DNA of 64,000 nt from positions 715 through 64,714 of the forward strand of contig JBGVNW010000056.1 of NCBI GenBank assembly GCA_045125935.1, in the 5' to 3' direction. Source of the DNA: Bacilli bacterium (GTDB taxonomy: Bacteria; Bacillota_I; Bacilli_A; RF39; UBA660). The notes below the pieces were generated by a model that was given only the letters and a program-made list of their open reading frames with translations, had not been told where the DNA came from and did not search any database. Both the position numbers and the translations under genes were made by a program. Below, piece after piece: positions 26,236-34,145 of this stretch (its first letter is position 1; each line of letters begins with the position of its first letter).

Positions 26236-28782
26236 TTATTCAGTACGTAGAGCTTCTACTGGATCTTTTTTACTTGCAACACGTGCTGGGATTAATCCGG
26301 CAATCATTGTTAAAACAATGCTTATTATTATTAGAATAATTCCTCCTATTGGTGGTAAGCTACTTAAGTTTTTAACATCTGCTAAATGATTAATAATCAT
26401 ATTAATTGGAATATTTAAGATAATTGTTGTTAAAATTCCAATTACACCAGCTGTTGCTCCAACAATTAGAGTTTCTGCATTAAATACTCTTGAAACATCT
26501 TTTTTAGAGGCTCCTATTGCTCTTAGGATACCAATTTCTTTAGTTCTTTCAAGTACCGAAATATAAGTAATAATTCCAATCATAATACTTGAAACGACTA
26601 GTGAGATTGAAACAAATCCTATTAATACATAGCTAATCATATCTACAATTACAGTAACAGAAGACATTAATAAACCAACTAAATCTGTATAATTAATAAT
26701 ATTTTCTTCCTTACCTGCTTTTTCTTGTGTTTCATTATATTTAGCTATTGCATTAGTAATTCCATCTTTGGCTTCAAAGTCATTGGCATATAGATAGATA
26801 GCAGATGGCTTGTCTAAATCTACTGCACCTAATTCTTTTAATACTGAATCATATGTTGAGTTTTCTTGTTCTTGATATCTACTAATTAATGCCGCTAATT
26901 CTTCAGGAGATAATGATTGAAGATACATTTGTTGCTCCGGACTTAGACTACTAATTGAAAATTCTTCATCACTAAATTCTAATCCTGTAATTATATTTAT
27001 ATTTGGATTTTCTTTTTGTTCTTTGACAATTTCAGCATTGTTAGTTTTTTCTATAACATATTTTTCTAGCTCATCAAGATAAAATACTCCACCCATAGCA
27101 TTTTGTGTAACAGTTGCTTCTTCATTAGGTTTAATAATTCCAACCACTTTGATGCTTTCTGCATTTTCTACTTTTTCTTTTAAGTAATTTTCATCATCTT
27201 TACGATATGTCCACATACCATTTACTTTATCATAATAGTCTGAATTTAATAATAATTTAAATTCTAGGCCTACTATTTCATCATAGTCATAGCTTACATT
27301 TTTACTTTCTACTTCATTACCAGCTACTACTTCTTTATATAATTCTTTTAGTTCCTCTTGATCCTTTAAACCTAATGCATATAACACATAGTCTGTAATT
27401 TGATTATTTTCATCAACCATTACAACTACTTCATTATATTTTTCTGGCATTCTTCCACTAACAACTTGATATAATTGATTATTTAATTCTTCATTTTCAA
27501 ATAACTCATTCCATACTTGACCCATCATCATATTTTTTGTTGCTTCTTCTGGGAAGCCTAAATTAGATAAAACTGTGTCAGGGTTTACTTGAATTACTTT
27601 ATCATCGATTTGTCTAAATAACTGTAAATTTAAATAATATTCATAACTTATTTCAGAAGTATAATCTGTAATATCACTTTTTCCACTTTCAATATACTTT
27701 TTGAAAGCTTCTAAATTATTTGATTGAACTTGACTACTCATAATTGATAGCATATCGCCAATTGTATTATTAGAGTAAATTTTATCTTCTTCTTTATCTT
27801 TTTCTCTTTCTTCCATTTTTTCAGCTTGTTTTGTTATGATACTTGTCATATCAATTGTAGCAGACTCAATAGTAAGTGGATATGATGTAAGTGTTTCTTC
27901 CTGAACACGATCAATATAATCTTGAACACCATTTGATAATGATAAAATTAAAGCAATACCTATAATACCAATTGAACCAGCAAAAGCTGTAAGAATTGTT
28001 CTTCCTTTTTTAGTCATCAAGTTATTTAAACTTAAAGATAAGGCTGTTTTAAAAGACATACTTGTTTTTTTACTTTTTTTAGCTTCTTTTTTTTCTTCCT
28101 TGCCATCAAATGGCATTGTGTCTCCAATTACTTTTCCATCTCTTAGTTCAATAATTCTTGTTGAATATTCCTCAGCTAATTCTTTATTGTGCGTAACCAT
28201 AATAACCAATCTGTCTTTGGCTACTTCCTTTAAAAGGTCCATTATTTGCGTACTTGTTTTAGAGTCAAGTGCTCCAGTTGGTTCATCTGCTAGTAAAATA
28301 TCTGGGTCATTAACGAGAGCTCTAGCAATCGCAACTCTTTGCATTTGACCACCAGATAATTGATTAGGTCTTTTCTTGATATGATCTTCAAGTCCAACTT
28401 TCTTTAATGCTTGAAGTGCTTTTTTTCTTCTTTGATCTTTTGATACGCCTGATAAAGTAAGTGCAAGTTCAACATTAGATAAGATACTCTGATGAGGAAT
28501 TAAATTATAACTTTGGAAAACAAATCCTATACTATGATTTCTATAAGTATCCCAATCTCTATCAGTATATTTTTTAGTACTGACACCATTAATTATCAAA
28601 TCACCAGAAGTATATTTGTCTAATCCACCAATAATGTTTAATAACGTAGTTTTTCCACTACCAGATGGCCCTAAAATAGATACAAATTCATTTTCCCGGA
28701 AACTTATACTGACACTGTCTAGTGCTGTTTGTTTGAAGTCTTCAGATTCATAAATCTTACTAATCTTTTTTATTTCTAACAT
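26236..28782 (-). CDS. Fused ABC transporter: ATPase + MacB/FtsX-type permease with a large extracytoplasmic domain
   Basis: N-terminal Walker A (GPSGSGKTTLLN), signature LSGGQMQRVAIARAL and Walker B (LLADEPTGALD). One TM follows, then about 420 non-membrane residues and a C-terminal FtsX-like TM bundle (ERTKEIGILRAIGASKKD). Confidence 0.8.
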   Translation of the reverse strand: MLEIKKISKIYESEDFKQTALDSVSISFRENEFVSILGPSGSGKTTLLNIIGGLDKYTSGDLIINGVSTKKYTDRDWDTYRNHSIGFVFQSYNLIPHQSILSNVELALTLSGVSKDQRRKKALQALKKVGLEDHIKKRPNQLSGGQMQRVAIARALVNDPDILLADEPTGALDSKTSTQIMDLLKEVAKDRLVIMVTHNKELAEEYSTRIIELRDGKVIGDTMPFDGKEEKKEAKKSKKTSMSFKTALSLSLNNLMTKKGRTILTAFAGSIGIIGIALILSLSNGVQDYIDRVQEETLTSYPLTIESATIDMTSIITKQAEKMEEREKDKEEDKIYSNNTIGDMLSIMSSQVQSNNLEAFKKYIESGKSDITDYTSEISYEYYLNLQLFRQIDDKVIQVNPDTVLSNLGFPEEATKNMMMGQVWNELFENEELNNQLYQVVSGRMPEKYNEVVVMVDENNQITDYVLYALGLKDQEELKELYKEVVAGNEVESKNVSYDYDEIVGLEFKLLLNSDYYDKVNGMWTYRKDDENYLKEKVENAESIKVVGIIKPNEEATVTQNAMGGVFYLDELEKYVIEKTNNAEIVKEQKENPNINIITGLEFSDEEFSISSLSPEQQMYLQSLSPEELAALISRYQEQENSTYDSVLKELGAVDLDKPSAIYLYANDFEAKDGITNAIAKYNETQEKAGKEENIINYTDLVGLLMSSVTVIVDMISYVLIGFVSISLVVSSIMIGIITYISVLERTKEIGILRAIGASKKDVSRVFNAETLIVGATAGVIGILTTIILNIPINMIINHLADVKNLSSLPPIGGIILIIISIVLTMIAGLIPARVASKKDPVEALRTE

Positions 28783-28981
28783 ATTCCATCTCCTTTACTA
28801 GATTACATTTGTACTTAATTGTTTTAATATTATCAATTTATGTAACATAACTATTCTAATCGTAATCTATTATATTTTTATTACTAATTTATTATAACAT
28901 ATTTTTTATATTGTTTATAACTTGTAATGTTGAAAAAGAATTATTTTTATATTAAACTAATTTTAGTTTTAGGAGAATTTT

Positions 28982-29497
28982 ATGAAGTTTAGAAGATTAA
29001 ATAAAAAAGAAATTGATGGAATTAACTTATTTATGAGTAATGTTTGCGATATAGATATTGTTGAGGGAGTTTATATTGTTCCTTATTTTGATGTTCCTAA
29101 TAGAAAGCAAGGCGTTAGAGTTATAACAGTATTTAATGATAGTGCTGAATATCTACTTAAAGTAACTAATAATGTTAGTTCATTTACTATATTTGATCAT
29201 GATAATCTTTCTACTACAATTTTGAATTATAATGGATTTTTTGAAAATACTACGGGACTTTCTTTTTTTAAAAATGATTCACGTAATTACAATAGTTGTG
29301 GATCATTAGAGCATAAAGAAAAATTATCATTACAATCTTTAGTAAGTGGGACAATTTTATTTGATAGATTTGGTGAACTTGAAAAAAAGAAGTTTACTAC
29401 AATTAATATTGTAAGTCCTTTTAAAGAAGCAGTTCAATTGAGAAATATTGATGAAGTTCTTCCAAAGGATGGACCTTTTCAATATTCAAAAAAATAG
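28982..29497 (+). CDS. Hypothetical protein, paralogue A (171 aa)
   Basis: GGAG RBS. Shares DGINLF, (I/L)VPY and ILFDRFG(E/N)L blocks with the next gene. Has its own terminator. Confidence 0.7.
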   Translation: MKFRRLNKKEIDGINLFMSNVCDIDIVEGVYIVPYFDVPNRKQGVRVITVFNDSAEYLLKVTNNVSSFTIFDHDNLSTTILNYNGFFENTTGLSFFKNDSRNYNSCGSLEHKEKLSLQSLVSGTILFDRFGELEKKKFTTINIVSPFKEAVQLRNIDEVLPKDGPFQYSKK

Positions 29498-29502
29498 TAA
29501 TT

Positions 29503-29528
29503 AAAATCCCAGGATGGGATTTTTTTTG
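29503..29528 (+). terminator. Rho-independent terminator
   Basis: AATCCCA-GGA-TGGGATT followed by T6. Confidence 0.8.
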
Positions 29529-29573
29529 ACAAAATTCTTTATCTTTACCTAATAAAATCTATTTATGTTTTCC

Positions 29574-29602
29574 TTGATTATCACATGTTTTTATGATATT
29601 AT
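29574..29602 (+). promoter_or_regulatory. Promoter of paralogue B
   Basis: TTGATT, a 17-nt spacer, then TATTAT. The AAGGAG RBS is at 29619. Confidence 0.5.
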
Positions 29603-29630
29603 AGGCATACTTTTTTGAAAGGAGATTAAA

Positions 29631-30146
29631 ATGAAAAAATTTACTTTAACAGAATGTGAATCTGATGGAATTAATTTGTTTGTTAGTGAAATAGTTGCTT
29701 TGCCAATGGTAGAGGCTATTTATTTGGTACCATATCGTACTAAAATATTTGAAGAATATGGTATTGATATTGTAACCATTTATAATAAAAGTTGGAAATA
29801 TGATACTTTAATTACTGGTACTGAGAAGAAACGTGATACAGATCATGAATTTGAGAACTTGCAACATGATATCGAAAAATATGACGCTATTTTTAATGGT
29901 AGTCGTTTAAAATTCTTTTCTCAAGATTTTGCTGATTACTTACCTTTTGTATTTAGTTGTAGAGAAAGAATTGCTAAAAAGAGTTTAGCTGCTGGTATAA
30001 TACTATTCGATAGATTTGGTAATCTTAAAGAAAAGCAAACAGAAGCACAAAGGGAATTTGGTATTCCTAGTACTGTTGAAATAACTAATATTGAAAGTAT
30101 TAAACCAGTCAGTGCTCCATCATTAGAATACTTAAAAAATAAGTAA
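29631..30146 (+). CDS. Hypothetical protein, paralogue B (171 aa)
   Basis: AAGGAG RBS. Same length and conserved blocks as 28982-29497. Confidence 0.7.
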   Translation: MKKFTLTECESDGINLFVSEIVALPMVEAIYLVPYRTKIFEEYGIDIVTIYNKSWKYDTLITGTEKKRDTDHEFENLQHDIEKYDAIFNGSRLKFFSQDFADYLPFVFSCRERIAKKSLAAGIILFDRFGNLKEKQTEAQREFGIPSTVEITNIESIKPVSAPSLEYLKNK

Positions 30147-30151
30147 ATTAC

Positions 30152-30178
30152 AAGACTACTTTTTGTAGTCTTTTTTTC
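30152..30178. terminator. Bidirectional terminator hairpin
   Basis: AAGACTAC-TTTTT-GTAGTCTT followed by T5. Confidence 0.75.
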
Positions 30179-30179
30179 A

Positions 30180-30203
30180 TAGAAAAAAGAGGACTTACCT
30201 CTT
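30180..30203 (-). terminator. Terminator of the autolysin gene
   Basis: Minus strand reads AAGAGG-TAAGT-CCTCTT followed by TTTTCT. It overlaps the stop codon. Confidence 0.55.
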
Positions 30204-33200
30204 ATTCTACAATTAACTCTATTCTATTTAATCTATCTTTATTTAAAGATATTTTATATTTTTTGCCATTAATTGTTGCTTCTGCATTATTGATACTTCC
30301 AAAAATATCGCTTATTTCACCATAATCTTCTGAATCAGCAGTTTTTGTATAAACAAACATTGTGTATGTACCTTTTGGTAAATCTTTTATATCAATTGTT
30401 TTATTATACCAAGCATAAGCTTTACTCTTTTCATCAGTAGATGTTACTATATAACTACCATTATTTGTACTACCTAAATCATAAGTATATCTTTTATATG
30501 TAGTTTGATCTTCTAAAATTAGTTTTCTTGTAATTTTAGATTGATCTTGATATGTACCGTCATAATTATATGATGTTCCAATAAGTTGTAGTTTTCCACT
30601 TACAAATTTCATATCATCATAATTATTAATCATATTTCTAAATGTATTGGCTGTTTTTGTAGTTATTAAATTATCTTTACGAATATTTAATTCAATTCTT
30701 TTTGTTTTTAAAGACAATTGAACTTTGAAGTTATAACCATTTACGGCATCTTCTGATCTTCTATCAATTGATTTATTGAATAGATTACTTACTATTTCTT
30801 CGGCATAATAATCATTTTTTACTGTCTTCATGTATAGATCATAATCACCTTGAGGAATGCTACTTAAATCAACTTCTCCTTTAAACCATGATAAGTTATA
30901 GTCGTATCCATTATCAGTACCTAAGGCATATGGAACATTTTTTGTCCACGCAGATATTTCAAGAGAATATTCATTTTCTGATACTTTATCTTTCAATAAT
31001 AAATAATATTTAGCGTCGTCATCATTATTATTAGTATTTAGAATTATTAAGTAACCACTAATTGTATATTTTTTAGTTGTTTCATTCCAACTTAGAGAGT
31101 TTAGATAGAATTCACCATCTTTTTTAGTTAACTTCTTTTCAATTACAGTTACTTTAATCTCTTTTGTAACAGATTGTTTATAGCTATCAGTTACCTTATA
31201 TACTACTTTGTATTCTCCTATCTTATCTATATTTACTGTATTTTCTATTACTTCAATATTAGTGATTTTTCCATCTTCTGGATCGTTTGCGGTAACATTA
31301 GTTAGTGGATTAAAACTATCTCCTTGATAGATTTTTTGATCTGTTGCGATTATTGATGGTAATTGGTTTTCAACTACTGTTATACTAATTGTTTTTGTTA
31401 CTTCTTGTTTATAACTATCAGTTACTTTATAGGTAACTTTATAAGTTCCAACTGTGTTAATATCAACTGTATTTTCTACTACTTCTATATCTTTTATTCT
31501 TCCATCTTCTGTATCTTGTGCAGTTACATTATCTAATGGATTAAACGCCAGTCCTTGAGTAATAGTTAAATCATTAGCACTAATTGTTGGCTTTTTATTT
31601 TCTGTTACAGTAACTTTTATAGTTAGTGTTGTTGACTTATTCTTTGAATCAGTAACTTTATAAGTAATTGTATATGTTCCAACGGTATTAATATCAACTG
31701 TTGAAGATTCTACAGTTATTTTTTCTGTTAAATCTCCATCTTCTTTATCAGTTGCAGTTACACCTGATAGTTCATCTAGTTTAGTACCTTGAACAATTGA
31801 TTTGTCAGTTGCACTAATTTCTGGAGCTGTATTTTTTGCTGTGTACTGATATGTTTTTATATAAACGTCTTGAGCACTTGCTAGAGTCCAACCATATTCA
31901 TTTGTAGTACCACTTAAATTTACTGGAACCTTATACCAAGTATTACCATCAACAGTTACTTCATCCAAAATTGGAGTATAAGCATATGTGTACAGACCAC
32001 TGATTTTTGTTGATGCTAAATCTTGTGTATTATAATTTACCCAAGTGTAGGCATTAGTCTCAGCAACTGTTACACTAGCTTGTCCATAACGACATGTAAC
32101 AAAGTCAATTGAATCAGCACTTATCCAGTGTTTTTGATCATACCAATAGTCTGACGTTACTAAGTACGCTACTAAGTTAGAATCTTCATCATATGCTGCA
32201 GCATAAACCATTACATATTTATCCTTTAATAAAGTTTGTCCTGTTTTACTTTGCAATGTTGGATCATAATGATACTTGGTATCTTTTGTTGATTTGGCAA
32301 CTTGTGGAGTAAATGTTGCATCTGTAACAAATAAATCATATTCATAATTTTTATCTTGATACTCTGTTACTTCATTTGGGGATATATATCCATTTTTACC
32401 TTCATTTATTTTTGTAACATAGGCAGCTGGGACATATACATAGGCATCCCAGTTATAATTTCCAGATGTTATTTCATTGAAGTTAGAATCAATATTCATA
32501 TCACTAACTACTTTATACCATTTGTTGTTACCATTAATCTTTTCACCTTCAACCTCATCTAAAATTACTACACTACTTTCTGTCTTACGATAGTAGTATA
32601 CTTTTTTGGAAGTAGTTGAAGCTGATGCTTGTGCATATGTAGGTGTTGTAATAATACCTAATTGATAATAATTGTAATCTTGCATACCAAGGGCTTTATC
32701 AACGTAGTAATAATTTGAAGCCATCTTTTCACTCCAGTAGACATCTGATGCATACTTAACATTCATACCTATACCTTTATTACCAAATTGAGCCCCATAG
32801 TAGCGCCAATCATTTGGATCAAGATATCCATATGTCACATAGTACTGGGCAAATTCATAAATACTGTGCATAAATGTAGGAAACCAAGTAGATGCCTCAT
32901 ATGGGTTCGAATCTACAGCATCCATACCAAATCCGTTGTTTTTATTAATAGAAATATTACTTGTACCATTTCCAGATTCATTTCTTGCTAAGGATAGTGT
33001 TAGTAAGGCATTAGCACCATAGTTTTCTTGAGCATAATAGAAGAATGCACCTTTACCATATAATTTAGATGATTTATGTTCTGCTTTATTCATATTATCT
33101 GAGCCAAAGACATCATTAACATAGCCTAGATTATTTCGAATATATTCATCAAGATTTAAACTAGAATAATTTGTTCTAGTATGGTTTGACAAATACTGAT

Positions 33201-33954
33201 AATAATTGTAGTATGGTTTATCTTTATTTACAGAATTATTATAATTTCCAGCTTTATAATCCTTTATCATTGTAGTTAAATCTTTATAAAAATAATGACC
33301 ATCATAACTATAGTAAGTTCCTTCATTTAACATAGATGGTTTAGGACCAATTGTTCTACCAGATGTTCCTGTATATGTTTCTTTAATATCTAATACATAG
33401 TTATGTCTGATTTCATCAGTAACTGTGTAACTACTTGATGATTTTACCCATGTAATTGGGACTATTTCATAAGCATTTATATTAATCCAACCAACATAAT
33501 TTGAAATTTTTACTTTGGCTGTAAAAGCTCCATACTTATTTGAATAACCTGAATCAAGTAATGCTCCATCTACTCCACCAACAGCTCCTACCATATAAGT
33601 AAATGCACTTTCAGATAACTCACTATCTGGATAGATATTAAATGTTGTATCTGAAGGTAGAATGGTCAAGTCTAAAAGTCCAACATTAGCATCTAGTATT
33701 TTTACCTTTCCATTAACCGAATTTAAAATAGCTAAATCATCAGCGCCATCATTTTTCATTGCTGTTTTAGCCTCTTCTAAAGAATTATGGCAACTTACTT
33801 GTTCAATTGTTCCATCCTCTTTAAATGCCGCTACTTCATAAGTACCACACAGAGTTCTCGTTTTATAATCTTCAGATGAAAAAGCATTTACTTCTAATGT
33901 ATTAAAAATAAATACTGAAAATATTAATAATGTAAAATAAAATATTTTTTTCAT
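30202..33954 (-). CDS. Secreted multidomain cell-wall hydrolase (glucosaminidase-family autolysin with Ig-like repeats)
   Basis: Signal peptide is MKKIFYFTLLIFSVFIFNTLEVNA. The glucosaminidase (LytD/Atl-type) block is GANALLTLSLARNESGNGTSNISINKNNGFGMDAVD. There are three Ig-like repeats of about 76 aa and two related C-terminal modules. Confidence 0.75.
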   Translation of the reverse strand: MKKIFYFTLLIFSVFIFNTLEVNAFSSEDYKTRTLCGTYEVAAFKEDGTIEQVSCHNSLEEAKTAMKNDGADDLAILNSVNGKVKILDANVGLLDLTILPSDTTFNIYPDSELSESAFTYMVGAVGGVDGALLDSGYSNKYGAFTAKVKISNYVGWININAYEIVPITWVKSSSSYTVTDEIRHNYVLDIKETYTGTSGRTIGPKPSMLNEGTYYSYDGHYFYKDLTTMIKDYKAGNYNNSVNKDKPYYNYYQYLSNHTRTNYSSLNLDEYIRNNLGYVNDVFGSDNMNKAEHKSSKLYGKGAFFYYAQENYGANALLTLSLARNESGNGTSNISINKNNGFGMDAVDSNPYEASTWFPTFMHSIYEFAQYYVTYGYLDPNDWRYYGAQFGNKGIGMNVKYASDVYWSEKMASNYYYVDKALGMQDYNYYQLGIITTPTYAQASASTTSKKVYYYRKTESSVVILDEVEGEKINGNNKWYKVVSDMNIDSNFNEITSGNYNWDAYVYVPAAYVTKINEGKNGYISPNEVTEYQDKNYEYDLFVTDATFTPQVAKSTKDTKYHYDPTLQSKTGQTLLKDKYVMVYAAAYDEDSNLVAYLVTSDYWYDQKHWISADSIDFVTCRYGQASVTVAETNAYTWVNYNTQDLASTKISGLYTYAYTPILDEVTVDGNTWYKVPVNLSGTTNEYGWTLASAQDVYIKTYQYTAKNTAPEISATDKSIVQGTKLDELSGVTATDKEDGDLTEKITVESSTVDINTVGTYTITYKVTDSKNKSTTLTIKVTVTENKKPTISANDLTITQGLAFNPLDNVTAQDTEDGRIKDIEVVENTVDINTVGTYKVTYKVTDSYKQEVTKTISITVVENQLPSIIATDQKIYQGDSFNPLTNVTANDPEDGKITNIEVIENTVNIDKIGEYKVVYKVTDSYKQSVTKEIKVTVIEKKLTKKDGEFYLNSLSWNETTKKYTISGYLIILNTNNNDDDAKYYLLLKDKVSENEYSLEISAWTKNVPYALGTDNGYDYNLSWFKGEVDLSSIPQGDYDLYMKTVKNDYYAEEIVSNLFNKSIDRRSEDAVNGYNFKVQLSLKTKRIELNIRKDNLITTKTANTFRNMINNYDDMKFVSGKLQLIGTSYNYDGTYQDQSKITRKLILEDQTTYKRYTYDLGSTNNGSYIVTSTDEKSKAYAWYNKTIDIKDLPKGTYTMFVYTKTADSEDYGEISDIFGSINNAEATINGKKYKISLNKDRLNRIELIVE
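31141..31827 (-). repeat. Three tandem coding repeats of about 229 bp (Ig-like domains)
   Basis: Each unit has the form ...ATD..I.QG..F.PL..VTA.D.EDG.I..IEV.ENTV.I...G.Y.V.YKVTDSYKQ....I.VTV.E. Confidence 0.85.
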
Positions 33955-33982
33955 TTTTCACCTCCGATATTATATCAATTAT

Positions 33983-33991
33983 ATTATAACA
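33983..33991 (-). promoter_or_regulatory. Extended -10 element (TGTTATAAT) upstream of the autolysin gene
   Basis: Minus-strand TGTTATAAT, 29 nt upstream of ATG 33954. GGAGGTG RBS. Confidence 0.4.
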
Positions 33992-34080
33992 ATTTTCGAC
34001 TTATTACTTAAGTCATTTATTAAAATTAGACATTCTTTTACAATTATTTGACAGCAATTTTTATTGACATTTTCAACAAC

Positions 34081-34109
34081 TTGATATATTGACTAAAATT
34101 GAGTATAAT
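34081..34109 (+). promoter_or_regulatory. Promoter of the LCP gene
   Basis: TTGATA, a 17-nt spacer, then TATAAT. The GGAGG RBS is at 34134-34138. Confidence 0.55.
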
Positions 34110-34145
34110 AATAGATGTATAATTTCGCAAATTGGAGGTTTGCTT

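Noticed and set aside
26192-26389. A 65-aa plus-strand ORF starting inside the terminator hairpin.
   Set aside because: It is antisense to the FtsX domain of the ABC gene, and its start lies within the stem-loop.
31141-31827. Regular ~229-bp repeats, considered as a CRISPR-like or other array.
   Set aside because: The repeats are in frame within a long ORF and encode Ig-like domains. There is no short repeat/unique spacer structure anywhere in the window.
32903-32913. A GGGTTCGAATC tRNA T-arm-like motif.
   Set aside because: It is isolated inside the autolysin CDS. No acceptor or anticodon stems surround it.
34048-34094. Four TTGA(C/T)(A/T) boxes upstream of the LCP gene, considered as a regulator binding array.
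   Set aside because: The spacing is irregular (16, 17 and 8 nt) and the hexamer is simply the -35 consensus, which is common in AT-rich intergenic DNA. Only the box with 17-nt spacing to TATAAT was kept, as the promoter.
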